Shown here: one piece after another, positions 25,295 through 32,000 of the stretch | Layout of the letters: every line of letters begins with the position of its first letter | Position numbering within the stretch: position 1 is the stretch's first letter | Assembly: GCF_003324675.1 (NCBI RefSeq) | Contig: NZ_CP030918.1 | Coordinates: forward strand, 150,001-182,000 | Direction: 5' to 3' | Source: Paracoccus suum | Lineage (GTDB): Bacteria > Pseudomonadota > Alphaproteobacteria > Rhodobacterales > Rhodobacteraceae | Length of the DNA stretch: 32,000 nt | The notes under the pieces: generated by a model | Database searches by the model: none | Told to the model about the DNA's origin: nothing | Seen by the model: the letters and a program-made list of their open reading frames with translations, nothing else | Position numbers and translations under genes: made by a program

Positions 25295-25771
25295 TCAGAC
25301 CCCCTGGACCTGGTACTGTTCCAGTTGCTCGGGCGTGTAGACCTGCATGAACTCGATCTCGATGCCGCCGGCGTCGTTGTCGAGGAACGCGACCCATCCC
25401 TCGGGGTGGGGATGGCTGCCGTATTTCTGGCAAGCCTGGCAGATACGCAGGCTGGCGCCCTGCGCCTCGGCATGGGCCAGCGCCGCGTCGATGTCATCGA
25501 CCTCGTAGCAGATGTGGTGGAGACCCTCGCCGCCGCGTTCGTCGATCCACTTGGCAAAGCGGCCATCGGGAACCATCGACTGGCACAGCTGGTATTCGAT
25601 GCCGCCCAGGTAGAACAGCGCGACCCGGTTCTGGGATTTCGGGAACACGGTGATCTCGGTATCAGCCGGCACGTGCAGGAAGCGGGCGTAGGCAGCCAGC
25701 GCCGTATCGGCGTCACGCACGGCAAAGGCCATGTGCTTGATGCCCTTGACGTTCGGATTATCGGATTTCAT
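25295..25771 (-). CDS. VOC family protein (methylmalonyl-CoA-epimerase-like)
   Basis: IKHMAFAVRDADTALAAYARFL...GLHHICYEVDDIDAALAHAEAQG...GGIEIEF is a paired beta-alpha-beta-beta-beta module pattern. Confidence 0.8.
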   Translation of the reverse strand: MKSDNPNVKGIKHMAFAVRDADTALAAYARFLHVPADTEITVFPKSQNRVALFYLGGIEYQLCQSMVPDGRFAKWIDERGGEGLHHICYEVDDIDAALAHAEAQGASLRICQACQKYGSHPHPEGWVAFLDNDAGGIEIEFMQVYTPEQLEQYQVQGV

Positions 25772-25786
25772 CGGCGTGGACCTCTC

Positions 25787-26980
25787 TCAGGCGGCGCGGG
25801 TTTCGGATCGGATGGCATCGACCACGGCGCGCATGCGCTCGATGGCCTCGTTGATGCGCGGCACGCTCTGGGTCAGTGACATGCGCACAAAATCATCGGT
25901 GTGATCGCCGTAGATCGTGCCCGGATACATCAGCACCCGTCCCTCGCGCAGAAGCCGCTCGCAAAAGACGCCGGCCGGCACGCCGGTCACGGACACATTG
26001 GCGTAGACGTAGAACGCCCCCTGCGGCTCGGCGTAGGGGATGCCGAGGCTGTCGAGCCCGGCGCAAAGCGCGCGCCGCCGCTCCTCGTAGATCGCGCGCA
26101 TTTCGGCCACGCAATCCTGGGGCCCGGTCAGCGCCGCCAGAGCCGCGTGCTGGCTGACAGCGGCCGTCGAGATGGCGAGCGCGTGGTTGATCTCGGCCAG
26201 CGCCGGCATCAGCTCTGGGGGGCCCGCTATATAGCCGATTCGCCAGCCGGTCATCGCGTAGGCCTTGGAAAAGCCCGACAGCGTAAAGGTGCGCTCGGCC
26301 ATGCCGGGCAGCGCCGCGACCGGCTGGGCGCGGTGATTGCCGAACGTCAACTGCGCATAGATCTCGTCCGAGATGACCAGCAAGTCGTGCTCGCGCGCTA
26401 CCTCGGCGATGCGCGCGACCTCGTCTGGGGGAGTGACGGTGCCCGTCGGGTTGTTGGGATTGATCAGTACCAGGATTTTCGAGCGCGGGGTGATGTGCGC
26501 GCGCACCATCTCGGCCGTGATGGTGAAGTTCGTTTCCATGGTCGTGCGGATGTTCACGACCTCAGCCTCTGCCAGTTCGGCGGCCTGGTGATAGGGATTG
26601 TAGCCCGGGCACGGGACCAGGATCTCGTCGCCGGGATTCAACAGGCCCAGCGCGAGGACGAACATCGCCTGCTGGCCGCCCGGGGTTATGATGATCTGGT
26701 CAGGCTGATAGTCGGCGCCGCCGCGCGCACGGATGTCGTCCGCGATTGCCTCGCGCAGCGGCAGGATCCCGAACGGGTGGGTGTAGTGCGTGGCGCCATT
26801 CGCCAGCGCCTCCTGCCCCGCGCGAATGATATGCTCGGGCGTGTCGAGGTCCGGATCGCCCCGCCCGAGCCGGATCACATCCGGCAGGCTTTCGGCGATA
26901 TTGGCCATCTGCGTGACCAGATGGGCATCCTTCAGCTTTACGCGCGTGGCCAGGCGGCTGGTCGGTTCCGTCATGATCAA
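25787..26980 (-). CDS. Pyridoxal-phosphate-dependent aminotransferase, class I/II
   Basis: Contains LGRGDPDLDTP, NPNNPTG and SGFSKAYAMTGWRIGY (the PLP-lysine motif). The start overlaps the M32 stop (ATGA). Confidence 0.9.
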   Translation of the reverse strand: MIMTEPTSRLATRVKLKDAHLVTQMANIAESLPDVIRLGRGDPDLDTPEHIIRAGQEALANGATHYTHPFGILPLREAIADDIRARGGADYQPDQIIITPGGQQAMFVLALGLLNPGDEILVPCPGYNPYHQAAELAEAEVVNIRTTMETNFTITAEMVRAHITPRSKILVLINPNNPTGTVTPPDEVARIAEVAREHDLLVISDEIYAQLTFGNHRAQPVAALPGMAERTFTLSGFSKAYAMTGWRIGYIAGPPELMPALAEINHALAISTAAVSQHAALAALTGPQDCVAEMRAIYEERRRALCAGLDSLGIPYAEPQGAFYVYANVSVTGVPAGVFCERLLREGRVLMYPGTIYGDHTDDFVRMSLTQSVPRINEAIERMRAVVDAIRSETRAA

Positions 26981-28515
26981 ATCCCGTAGATTTCGCTGTA
27001 TTTCTGGGTCAGCTGGGCGATGTAGGGCTCTGGATCGAGGGTTCGGCCCGTGGCCCGCCGCAACAGCTCGTTGCGCTCGTAGCGACGACCGTGCTGGTGT
27101 ACGTTTTTGACCATCCAGCCCAGCAAGGGGCCATAGTCCGCCGCAGCAACGCCGGCCGCCACATCGGCATCCTTGGTCGCGGCCTCGTAAAGCTGGCCGG
27201 CCATGACGTTGCCAATGGTGTAGTTGCAGAAGGTGCCGATCTGGCCGGACGACCAGTGCACATCCTGCAGCACGCCCATGCGGTTGTTCGGCACCTCGAG
27301 CCCCAGATCCTGGCGGATGCGGGCGTTCCAGATTTCGGGAAGGTCTTCGACCTTCAGGCTGCCATCGATGAGGCCGGCCTCAATATCGACGCGCAGCATG
27401 ATGTGGAAATCATAGCTAAGCTCGTCCGCCTCGACCCGGATCAGGCCGGGGGCGACACGGTTCACGCCCCGCCAGAATGCCTCGGCATCAACGTCGGCCA
27501 GCTGTTCGGGGAAGGCGTCGCGGGCGGTGCCGAAATTGGCCTCCCAGAACGCGCGGGAACGGCCGACGTGGTTCTCGAACAAGCGCGACTGGCTTTCATG
27601 CGCGCCAAAGCTGACCCCCGCCACGGCATAGAGGCCGACCAGATCGGTCGCGAGCGGCGTGCGTGTAAAGGCCGGGTCGCAGTTCTGTTCGTAGAGGGCG
27701 TGCCCCGCCTCGTGCAGGCAGCCGAACAGGCACATCGGCATCCAGTTTTCATTGGTGCGGCTGGTGATGCGGACGTCGTTGCGCGTGAACGATACCTCGA
27801 AGGGGTGGACGGTGGTGTCCAACCGGCCCCGGTCGAGGTCGTAGCCGAGCCGCTGGGCCATGGTCCGGCCAAAGGCCAGTTGCTCGTCAACCGGAAAGGG
27901 GCGGCGCAGGAACTCTACATCCGGGGCAGTGCGGGACATGACGGTCTGCAGCAGCGGGCGCAGCGCCTCACGCAGTCGGCCGAACAGAGGCTGCAACGAG
28001 GCGACCGTCTCGCCGGGCTCAAAGCGATACATCAGCGCGTCGTAGGGGTGCTCGGCGTAACCGATATGCTCGGCCATCTCGCGATTGAGGGCGACCGTGT
28101 CGGCCAGCAACGGCGCGAACATCGCGAAATCGTCCTTGGCTCGCGCCTCGGCCCAGATTTCCTGGCCGATCGAACCCATTTCGGTGCGGCGGCGAATCAG
28201 CTCGGCCGGAATGCGGTCGTGATAGTCCAGTGCCTCGCGAACCTGGGCGCAGACCGTCGCCTCGACCGAATCGGCATCCTTGCTCTGGATTTCGGCCTGG
28301 GCCGCGTCGAGCAGGCGCCGGGTTTCGTCCGCCACCAGCGTGTCGCGAGCCAGCACCGAAAGCGTCGCAACCTGCTTTGCCCGCGTCTCCGCGCCGCCGC
28401 GCGGCATCATCACCCGAGCATCCCAAGAGAGGACCGATTTAGCGTTCAGCAGGTCGTTGACCTGGCCCATGCGATTTAGCAGCGCGGCGTATGACACGAG
28501 TTCCAGGCCTTTCAC
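26977..28515 (-). CDS. M32 family carboxypeptidase (Taq-type)
   Basis: HEAGHALYEQ (HExxH), the N-terminal ...LSWDARVMMP, and the YDALMYRFEPG and DVHWSSGQIGTFCNYTIGNV blocks typical of M32. GTG start at 28515. No signal peptide. Confidence 0.9.
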   Translation of the reverse strand: MKGLELVSYAALLNRMGQVNDLLNAKSVLSWDARVMMPRGGAETRAKQVATLSVLARDTLVADETRRLLDAAQAEIQSKDADSVEATVCAQVREALDYHDRIPAELIRRRTEMGSIGQEIWAEARAKDDFAMFAPLLADTVALNREMAEHIGYAEHPYDALMYRFEPGETVASLQPLFGRLREALRPLLQTVMSRTAPDVEFLRRPFPVDEQLAFGRTMAQRLGYDLDRGRLDTTVHPFEVSFTRNDVRITSRTNENWMPMCLFGCLHEAGHALYEQNCDPAFTRTPLATDLVGLYAVAGVSFGAHESQSRLFENHVGRSRAFWEANFGTARDAFPEQLADVDAEAFWRGVNRVAPGLIRVEADELSYDFHIMLRVDIEAGLIDGSLKVEDLPEIWNARIRQDLGLEVPNNRMGVLQDVHWSSGQIGTFCNYTIGNVMAGQLYEAATKDADVAAGVAAADYGPLLGWMVKNVHQHGRRYERNELLRRATGRTLDPEPYIAQLTQKYSEIYGI

Positions 28516-28545
28516 TCAGCAGTCGTCGACGATGTATTTTGTATG

Positions 28546-28565
28546 TTGTCGACATTAGACGATCC
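28546..28565. promoter_or_regulatory. Candidate operator TTGTCGACAttaGACgATCC in the 108-nt divergent control region
   Basis: An 8-bp perfect palindrome TGTCGACA (28547-28554) sits in the most AT-rich stretch of the region. A second 10-bp palindrome TCGTCGACGA lies at 28523-28532. The motif is shared with 7317-7336. Confidence 0.35.
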
Positions 28566-28623
28566 GACTATCGTCAGCTCCGCAACCGGTGTCAAGCATC
28601 GTCGCCGCGAAAGGGAGGACGGA

Positions 28624-29493
28624 TTGGTCGAGCTTCTTCAGTGGAACACCCCACAGCTGGTGGAGATGGCCGTGACCGGACAGGTCAGCCAGCCATCAGT
28701 CCGGCAAGGGGGTGCGCATGTGCATTGGCCAGACGGGCGGGCGGCCGTGCTGCCGGGCATGTTTGGCATCGCCTACAACGCCCGCGTCGGCGATCGCGCC
28801 TTTGGCTGGGCCGGCGATCACGTCGAGCCCGGCGTCTCTATCGCGAATGCTACTGAGGCCGCCGACTTCGCGCTGCACTACCTCACCTGCATCGGCAACG
28901 AGGCCACGGTGACCACCGGCCTCGCGCGGGGCGCGACGGGCGTGGTGACCGGTGAGCATGGCCGTTTGCTCGTCGATTTTGCGCCCGAGATTCTCGAGGA
29001 CATGACCGTCGGCGACACGGTCCAGATTCGCGCGGTCGGCCGGGGCCTAAGCCTGACCGACTACCCCGAGATCGAGTTCAAGAAGACATCGCCCGCCTTG
29101 GCCGAGGCCTACGGCATCAGGCAGGAAAACGGGCAGGTCATCTGCCCCGTCGCCATGGAGTTGCCGGCGCGAATCATGGGCTCGGGGGCCGAGCTGAACT
29201 CGGAATATGTCGATCAGGACCTCATGTCCGGCGACCGGGCGCTGATGACCGAACTGGGCATCGATACTATGCGCCTTGGCGATCTGATCGCGATTCGCGA
29301 CGTGGACCATCGCTTTGGCCGGTCCTTTCGGCCTGACTGGGTCGCGATCTGCATCTGCATCCACGGCGATTCGATCATGACGGGGCACGGCCCCGGAATT
29401 CTGACGCTGATCACCGGTCCGGCCGACAAGCTCGGCTTCAGCGTCGAGCCCGGCGCCAACATTGCCCGCACCCTGAACATCCGGAGCCTGTGA
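28624..29493 (+). CDS. Uncharacterised conserved protein, paralog A (possibly DUF4438-like; family name from memory, unverified)
   Basis: Paralogous to the next ORF. The start is proposed at TTG 28624, 4 nt after a strong AAGGGAGGA. This gives about 289 aa and aligns with the N-terminus of paralog B. The alternative ATG 28543 has no RBS and would leave only 27 nt to the divergent M32 start. Confidence 0.7.
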   Translation: MVELLQWNTPQLVEMAVTGQVSQPSVRQGGAHVHWPDGRAAVLPGMFGIAYNARVGDRAFGWAGDHVEPGVSIANATEAADFALHYLTCIGNEATVTTGLARGATGVVTGEHGRLLVDFAPEILEDMTVGDTVQIRAVGRGLSLTDYPEIEFKKTSPALAEAYGIRQENGQVICPVAMELPARIMGSGAELNSEYVDQDLMSGDRALMTELGIDTMRLGDLIAIRDVDHRFGRSFRPDWVAICICIHGDSIMTGHGPGILTLITGPADKLGFSVEPGANIARTLNIRSL

Positions 29494-29494
29494 C

Positions 29495-30385
29495 ATGACC
29501 GCTTCCAGCAGCCTCGCCACCAATGCGGCCAACCTGGTCGCCGTCTCGGTCGCGGGCCATATTGCCCATCCCGGCTTTCCAGGCCTGCCGGCAGAGCCCT
29601 ACCGCCTCGCCGCCGATGGCCGACCCTTCCTGCTGCCGGCCTATGGCGGCATCGTCTATAATGTCAGCGTCGGCGACCGGGCATTCGGCTGGGCAGCCGA
29701 CTGCGTGCATCCTGGCATCTCGCTGCGCCAGCCCGAGGATACGCGTAACCGCGGCCTGAACGTTTATGCCTGTGTCGGTAATCGTGCCAAGGTCATGACC
29801 GGCCCGGCAGCCGGCGCAAAAGGCGTCGTGACTGGCAAGTCGGGCCGCTTTTCCGAACAGGTGATCGTCCACTTCCCGCGCGAGGCCCGCAAGGCGATGG
29901 CCGTGGGCGATCAGATCGTCATCCGGTCCGAAGGGATCGGAATGGAGCTGACGGACCATCCCGGCGTCATGATGAAGGGAATCGCCCCCGAGCTGCTGGC
30001 CGCCCTGCCCTCGCGCACTGATGGCAAACGGGTCGAATTCGGCGTCGTCGCGCGCATCCCCGCGCATCTCGCAGGTGCCGGCCTGGGTCTGACCTCGGAT
30101 GGGGGCAGCCTGCATATGCAATCGACGGATCGGGCGCTGCTGGCCAGCCTCGGCCTGGACCAAATGCGGCTCGGCGACATCGTGGCGATCGAAGACACCG
30201 ACAGCCGCTACAACCACGGCTATTTGCGCGGCGCCTGCACCATCGGGGTGGTTTGCGCCACCGATGGCCCGCGCGCTGGCTTTGGCCCCGGTATCGCCAT
30301 CCTGATGACCGCGCCGGCGGGCGAGATGGGCACGTTTGCCGAGCCGGCAGCGAACCTCGCCGACCTTCTGAAGCTGGAGGCGTGA
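29495..30385 (+). CDS. Uncharacterised conserved protein, paralog B (possibly DUF4438-like; unverified)
   Basis: 296 aa, starting one nt after the paralog A stop (TGAcATG). Shares blocks YNVSVGDRAFGWA, CVGNRAKVMTGPAAGAKGVVTG, VGDQIVIRSEGIGMELTD, MRLGDIVAIEDTDSR and GPGIAILMTAPA with paralog A. Confidence 0.8.
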   Translation: MTASSSLATNAANLVAVSVAGHIAHPGFPGLPAEPYRLAADGRPFLLPAYGGIVYNVSVGDRAFGWAADCVHPGISLRQPEDTRNRGLNVYACVGNRAKVMTGPAAGAKGVVTGKSGRFSEQVIVHFPREARKAMAVGDQIVIRSEGIGMELTDHPGVMMKGIAPELLAALPSRTDGKRVEFGVVARIPAHLAGAGLGLTSDGGSLHMQSTDRALLASLGLDQMRLGDIVAIEDTDSRYNHGYLRGACTIGVVCATDGPRAGFGPGIAILMTAPAGEMGTFAEPAANLADLLKLEA

Positions 30386-30387
30386 TC

Positions 30388-31470
30388 ATGCCCATCGCGA
30401 TGACCAATGTGACCCGCGCAAGTCTGGCGCGCTTCATGGCGGAAGGGTTCCGGGCCCTCGGCCTCAGCGCCGGGGACGCCGACATCTTCGCCGACGCGCT
30501 GATCTTTTCAGAACTGCGGTTCCACCCCGGGCACGGCCAGGGAGTCCGCCGCCTGCGCCGCTATCAGGAGCGGATTGCCGAGGGGCTGGTAGACCCTGCC
30601 GCGCCGTGGGAGATCATCAAGGAAAGCCCGGCGCTTGCCCTGGTCGATGCGCATAACGGTATCGGCACGGTCGCTGCGGCCAAGGCGATGCGACTGGCGG
30701 CCGAAAAGGCCAAGACCTGCGGCATCGGCCAAGTGGTGGTCCGCAACTCGACACACTATGGCAGCAGCGCGGTCCATGCCTGCGCCGCCGCAGAGGCCGG
30801 CTGCATCGGCATCAGTTTTACCAACGCCGGGCCCGAGATGGCGCCGTGGGGCGCGCGCGAAGGCGCGGTCGGCACCAATCCGTGGGGCATCGCGGCGCCT
30901 ACCGGCCTCGGCTTTCCAGCCGTCCTCGACATCGCGCTGACGACTGCCGGTAAGGGGATGATGCAGTGGCACGCGCGCGAGGGGCGGCCCATGCCGCTCG
31001 ACTGGGCGCTGACCCCGGAGGGCGCCGAGACCGACGATCCCAATGCTGCCATGGCCGGCGCCCTGCTGGGGATCGGCACCTACAAGGGCTACGGCCTGGC
31101 CTTCATGACCGACGTGATGACCGGCGTTCTCGGCGGCGGGGGCTATGGCCTGACGCCCTATGCGGATCAAGGCAAGTTGGACGTCAGTCACACTCTGACC
31201 GCCATCGACATCGAATGGTTCATGCCACTGGAGGAGTTTCGCCGCCGGATGGACGACTTCGCCCGGATGGTGAAGTCGCGCGCCCTGCGCCCCGGATTTA
31301 CCGAGATCCTGCTGCCCGGCGAGCAGGAGGCCCGCCGGGTCGAGCGCAAATCGCGGGCGGGCGTGCCCATCGACGATGAGGTGCTAGCCGACCTTCAGGC
31401 GCTGGGTGATGAACTGGGCCTGTCGGCGAAACTCGAACTGGTCGGCCCATACACGGAGGCGGTCCTGTGA
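30388..31470 (+). CDS. Ldh2 (malate/L-lactate dehydrogenase type 2) family oxidoreductase
   Basis: Internal ATG 30388 is preceded by GGAGG. The sequence has HGIGTVAA, VRNSTHYGSS, GTNPWGIAAP, AGKG and YKGYGLAFM, typical of the family that includes ureidoglycolate dehydrogenase and pyrroline/piperideine-2-carboxylate reductases. Confidence 0.85.
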   Translation: MPIAMTNVTRASLARFMAEGFRALGLSAGDADIFADALIFSELRFHPGHGQGVRRLRRYQERIAEGLVDPAAPWEIIKESPALALVDAHNGIGTVAAAKAMRLAAEKAKTCGIGQVVVRNSTHYGSSAVHACAAAEAGCIGISFTNAGPEMAPWGAREGAVGTNPWGIAAPTGLGFPAVLDIALTTAGKGMMQWHAREGRPMPLDWALTPEGAETDDPNAAMAGALLGIGTYKGYGLAFMTDVMTGVLGGGGYGLTPYADQGKLDVSHTLTAIDIEWFMPLEEFRRRMDDFARMVKSRALRPGFTEILLPGEQEARRVERKSRAGVPIDDEVLADLQALGDELGLSAKLELVGPYTEAVL

Positions 31471-32000
31471 CACCCCTGCCTGCCGCCTTCCACGCCATGC
31501 TGCGCGATCGGCTGCGTGCCCGGGCCGAGGCTGCGGGCCTCGACGGGTTGCTGCTGCTGGCGCCGGGCAATGTGGTCTGGGCGACAGGCTGGGCTTTTTC
31601 GGCCAACGAGCGCCCGCTGGGACTATGGCTGCCAGTGGAGGGCGACGCAGTCCTGATGGTGCCCTCGCTGGAGGTTGAGAACGCAGCCGATGTGCCGGGC
31701 GTCGGCCTGCGCAGCTACGACGAATACCCCGGCGAGACGCCCCCGGTCCTATGGATGATCGCCGAAGCGCGGGCGCAGCGGATCGGCGTGGAACGGCTGG
31801 ACGCGCGCCTGCTGGCCCCGGCACAGGACGTGGCGCGGATCGACCTGACCGATCACGCCACGCCCGAGCGCGCGGTCAAGCACCCGGAGGAGCTTGCCCT
31901 GATCCGCGAGGCCGCGCGGTTCGCCGACATGGTCCTCGACCGCCTGCTGACCGCCGGCGGCGACATCGTGGCGCAAGGTGGGACGGAACTGGACCTGATG
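31467..32000 (+). CDS. M24 family peptidase (Xaa-Pro peptidase/creatinase-like), partial; continues past the right edge
   Basis: Absent from the ORF track because it is open at the edge. GTG 31467 overlaps the Ldh2 stop (GTGA). Translation reads VTPLPAAFHAMLRDRLRARAEAAGLDGLLLLAPGNVVWATGWAFS...VKHPEELALIREAARFADMVLDRL. This resembles a creatinase/prolidase N-domain followed by the start of the pita-bread domain. Confidence 0.75.
   Translation, partial: MTPLPAAFHAMLRDRLRARAEAAGLDGLLLLAPGNVVWATGWAFSANERPLGLWLPVEGDAVLMVPSLEVENAADVPGVGLRSYDEYPGETPPVLWMIAEARAQRIGVERLDARLLAPAQDVARIDLTDHATPERAVKHPEELALIREAARFADMVLDRLLTAGGDIVAQGGTELDLM

Noticed and set aside
24298-32000. Ectoine/hydroxyectoine degradation (Doe/Eut-like), since an M24 hydrolase, an AstE-type deacetylase and an aminotransferase co-occur.
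   Set aside because: The three genes are not adjacent, and no aldehyde dehydrogenase or EutABC-like genes are present. The transporter is a peptide-type ABC system rather than the Ehu or TRAP types associated with ectoine. The pathway cannot be excluded without homology searches, but the sequence context does not support it.
1-32000. Searched by eye for CRISPR-like spaced repeats, tRNA/rRNA-like segments, integrase/transposase/toxin-antitoxin or defence-type genes (nucleases, ATPase-helicase pairs, methyltransferases).
   Set aside because: None found. All sizeable ORFs are accounted for by metabolic, transport, regulatory or lipid genes, apart from the tandem unknown pair.

Overview
High-GC bacterial chromosomal DNA, about two-thirds G+C by eye, with an alphaproteobacterium-like gene repertoire (inference only). 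I saw no rRNA, tRNA, CRISPR array or intact mobile element.

Left part, 1-7.1 kb:
- A partial AraC-type regulator lies divergent from a secreted metallo-beta-lactamase-fold hydrolase.
- A lower-GC VOC/glyoxalase gene follows.
- Next is a patch of gene decay. An intact pentaheme cytochrome (ActA-like) sits next to an ActB-like gene truncated after about 80 codons. That fragment is fused tail-to-tail to frameshifted or deleted remnants of a three-subunit flavoprotein dehydrogenase.
- A tightly coupled three-gene lipid module closes this part: acyltransferase, CdsA paralog, CDP-alcohol phosphatidyltransferase.

Right part, 7.3-32 kb, is one large catabolic island:
- A plus-strand pair (family-5 binding protein and M14 carboxypeptidase) converges on an approximately 17.9 kb run of 18 co-directional minus-strand genes.
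- The run encodes M32, M20 and AstE/AspA-type hydrolases, an aminotransferase, a VOC protein, PuuE-like and AllA-like proteins, a DapA-like protein, an embedded GntR regulator, an NAD-epimerase, two Gfo/Idh/MocA oxidoreductases, an SDR, RidA, two more paralogous binding proteins and one permease pair. No ATPase gene is present.
- Across a 108-nt divergent region lies a four-gene plus-strand operon. It opens with two tandem paralogous genes of unknown function, followed by an Ldh2-family oxidoreductase and a partial M24 peptidase.

The tandem unknown pair and the unusual peptidase/oxidoreductase operon are the most interesting parts. All family calls come from reading motifs in the translations; no database search was possible.
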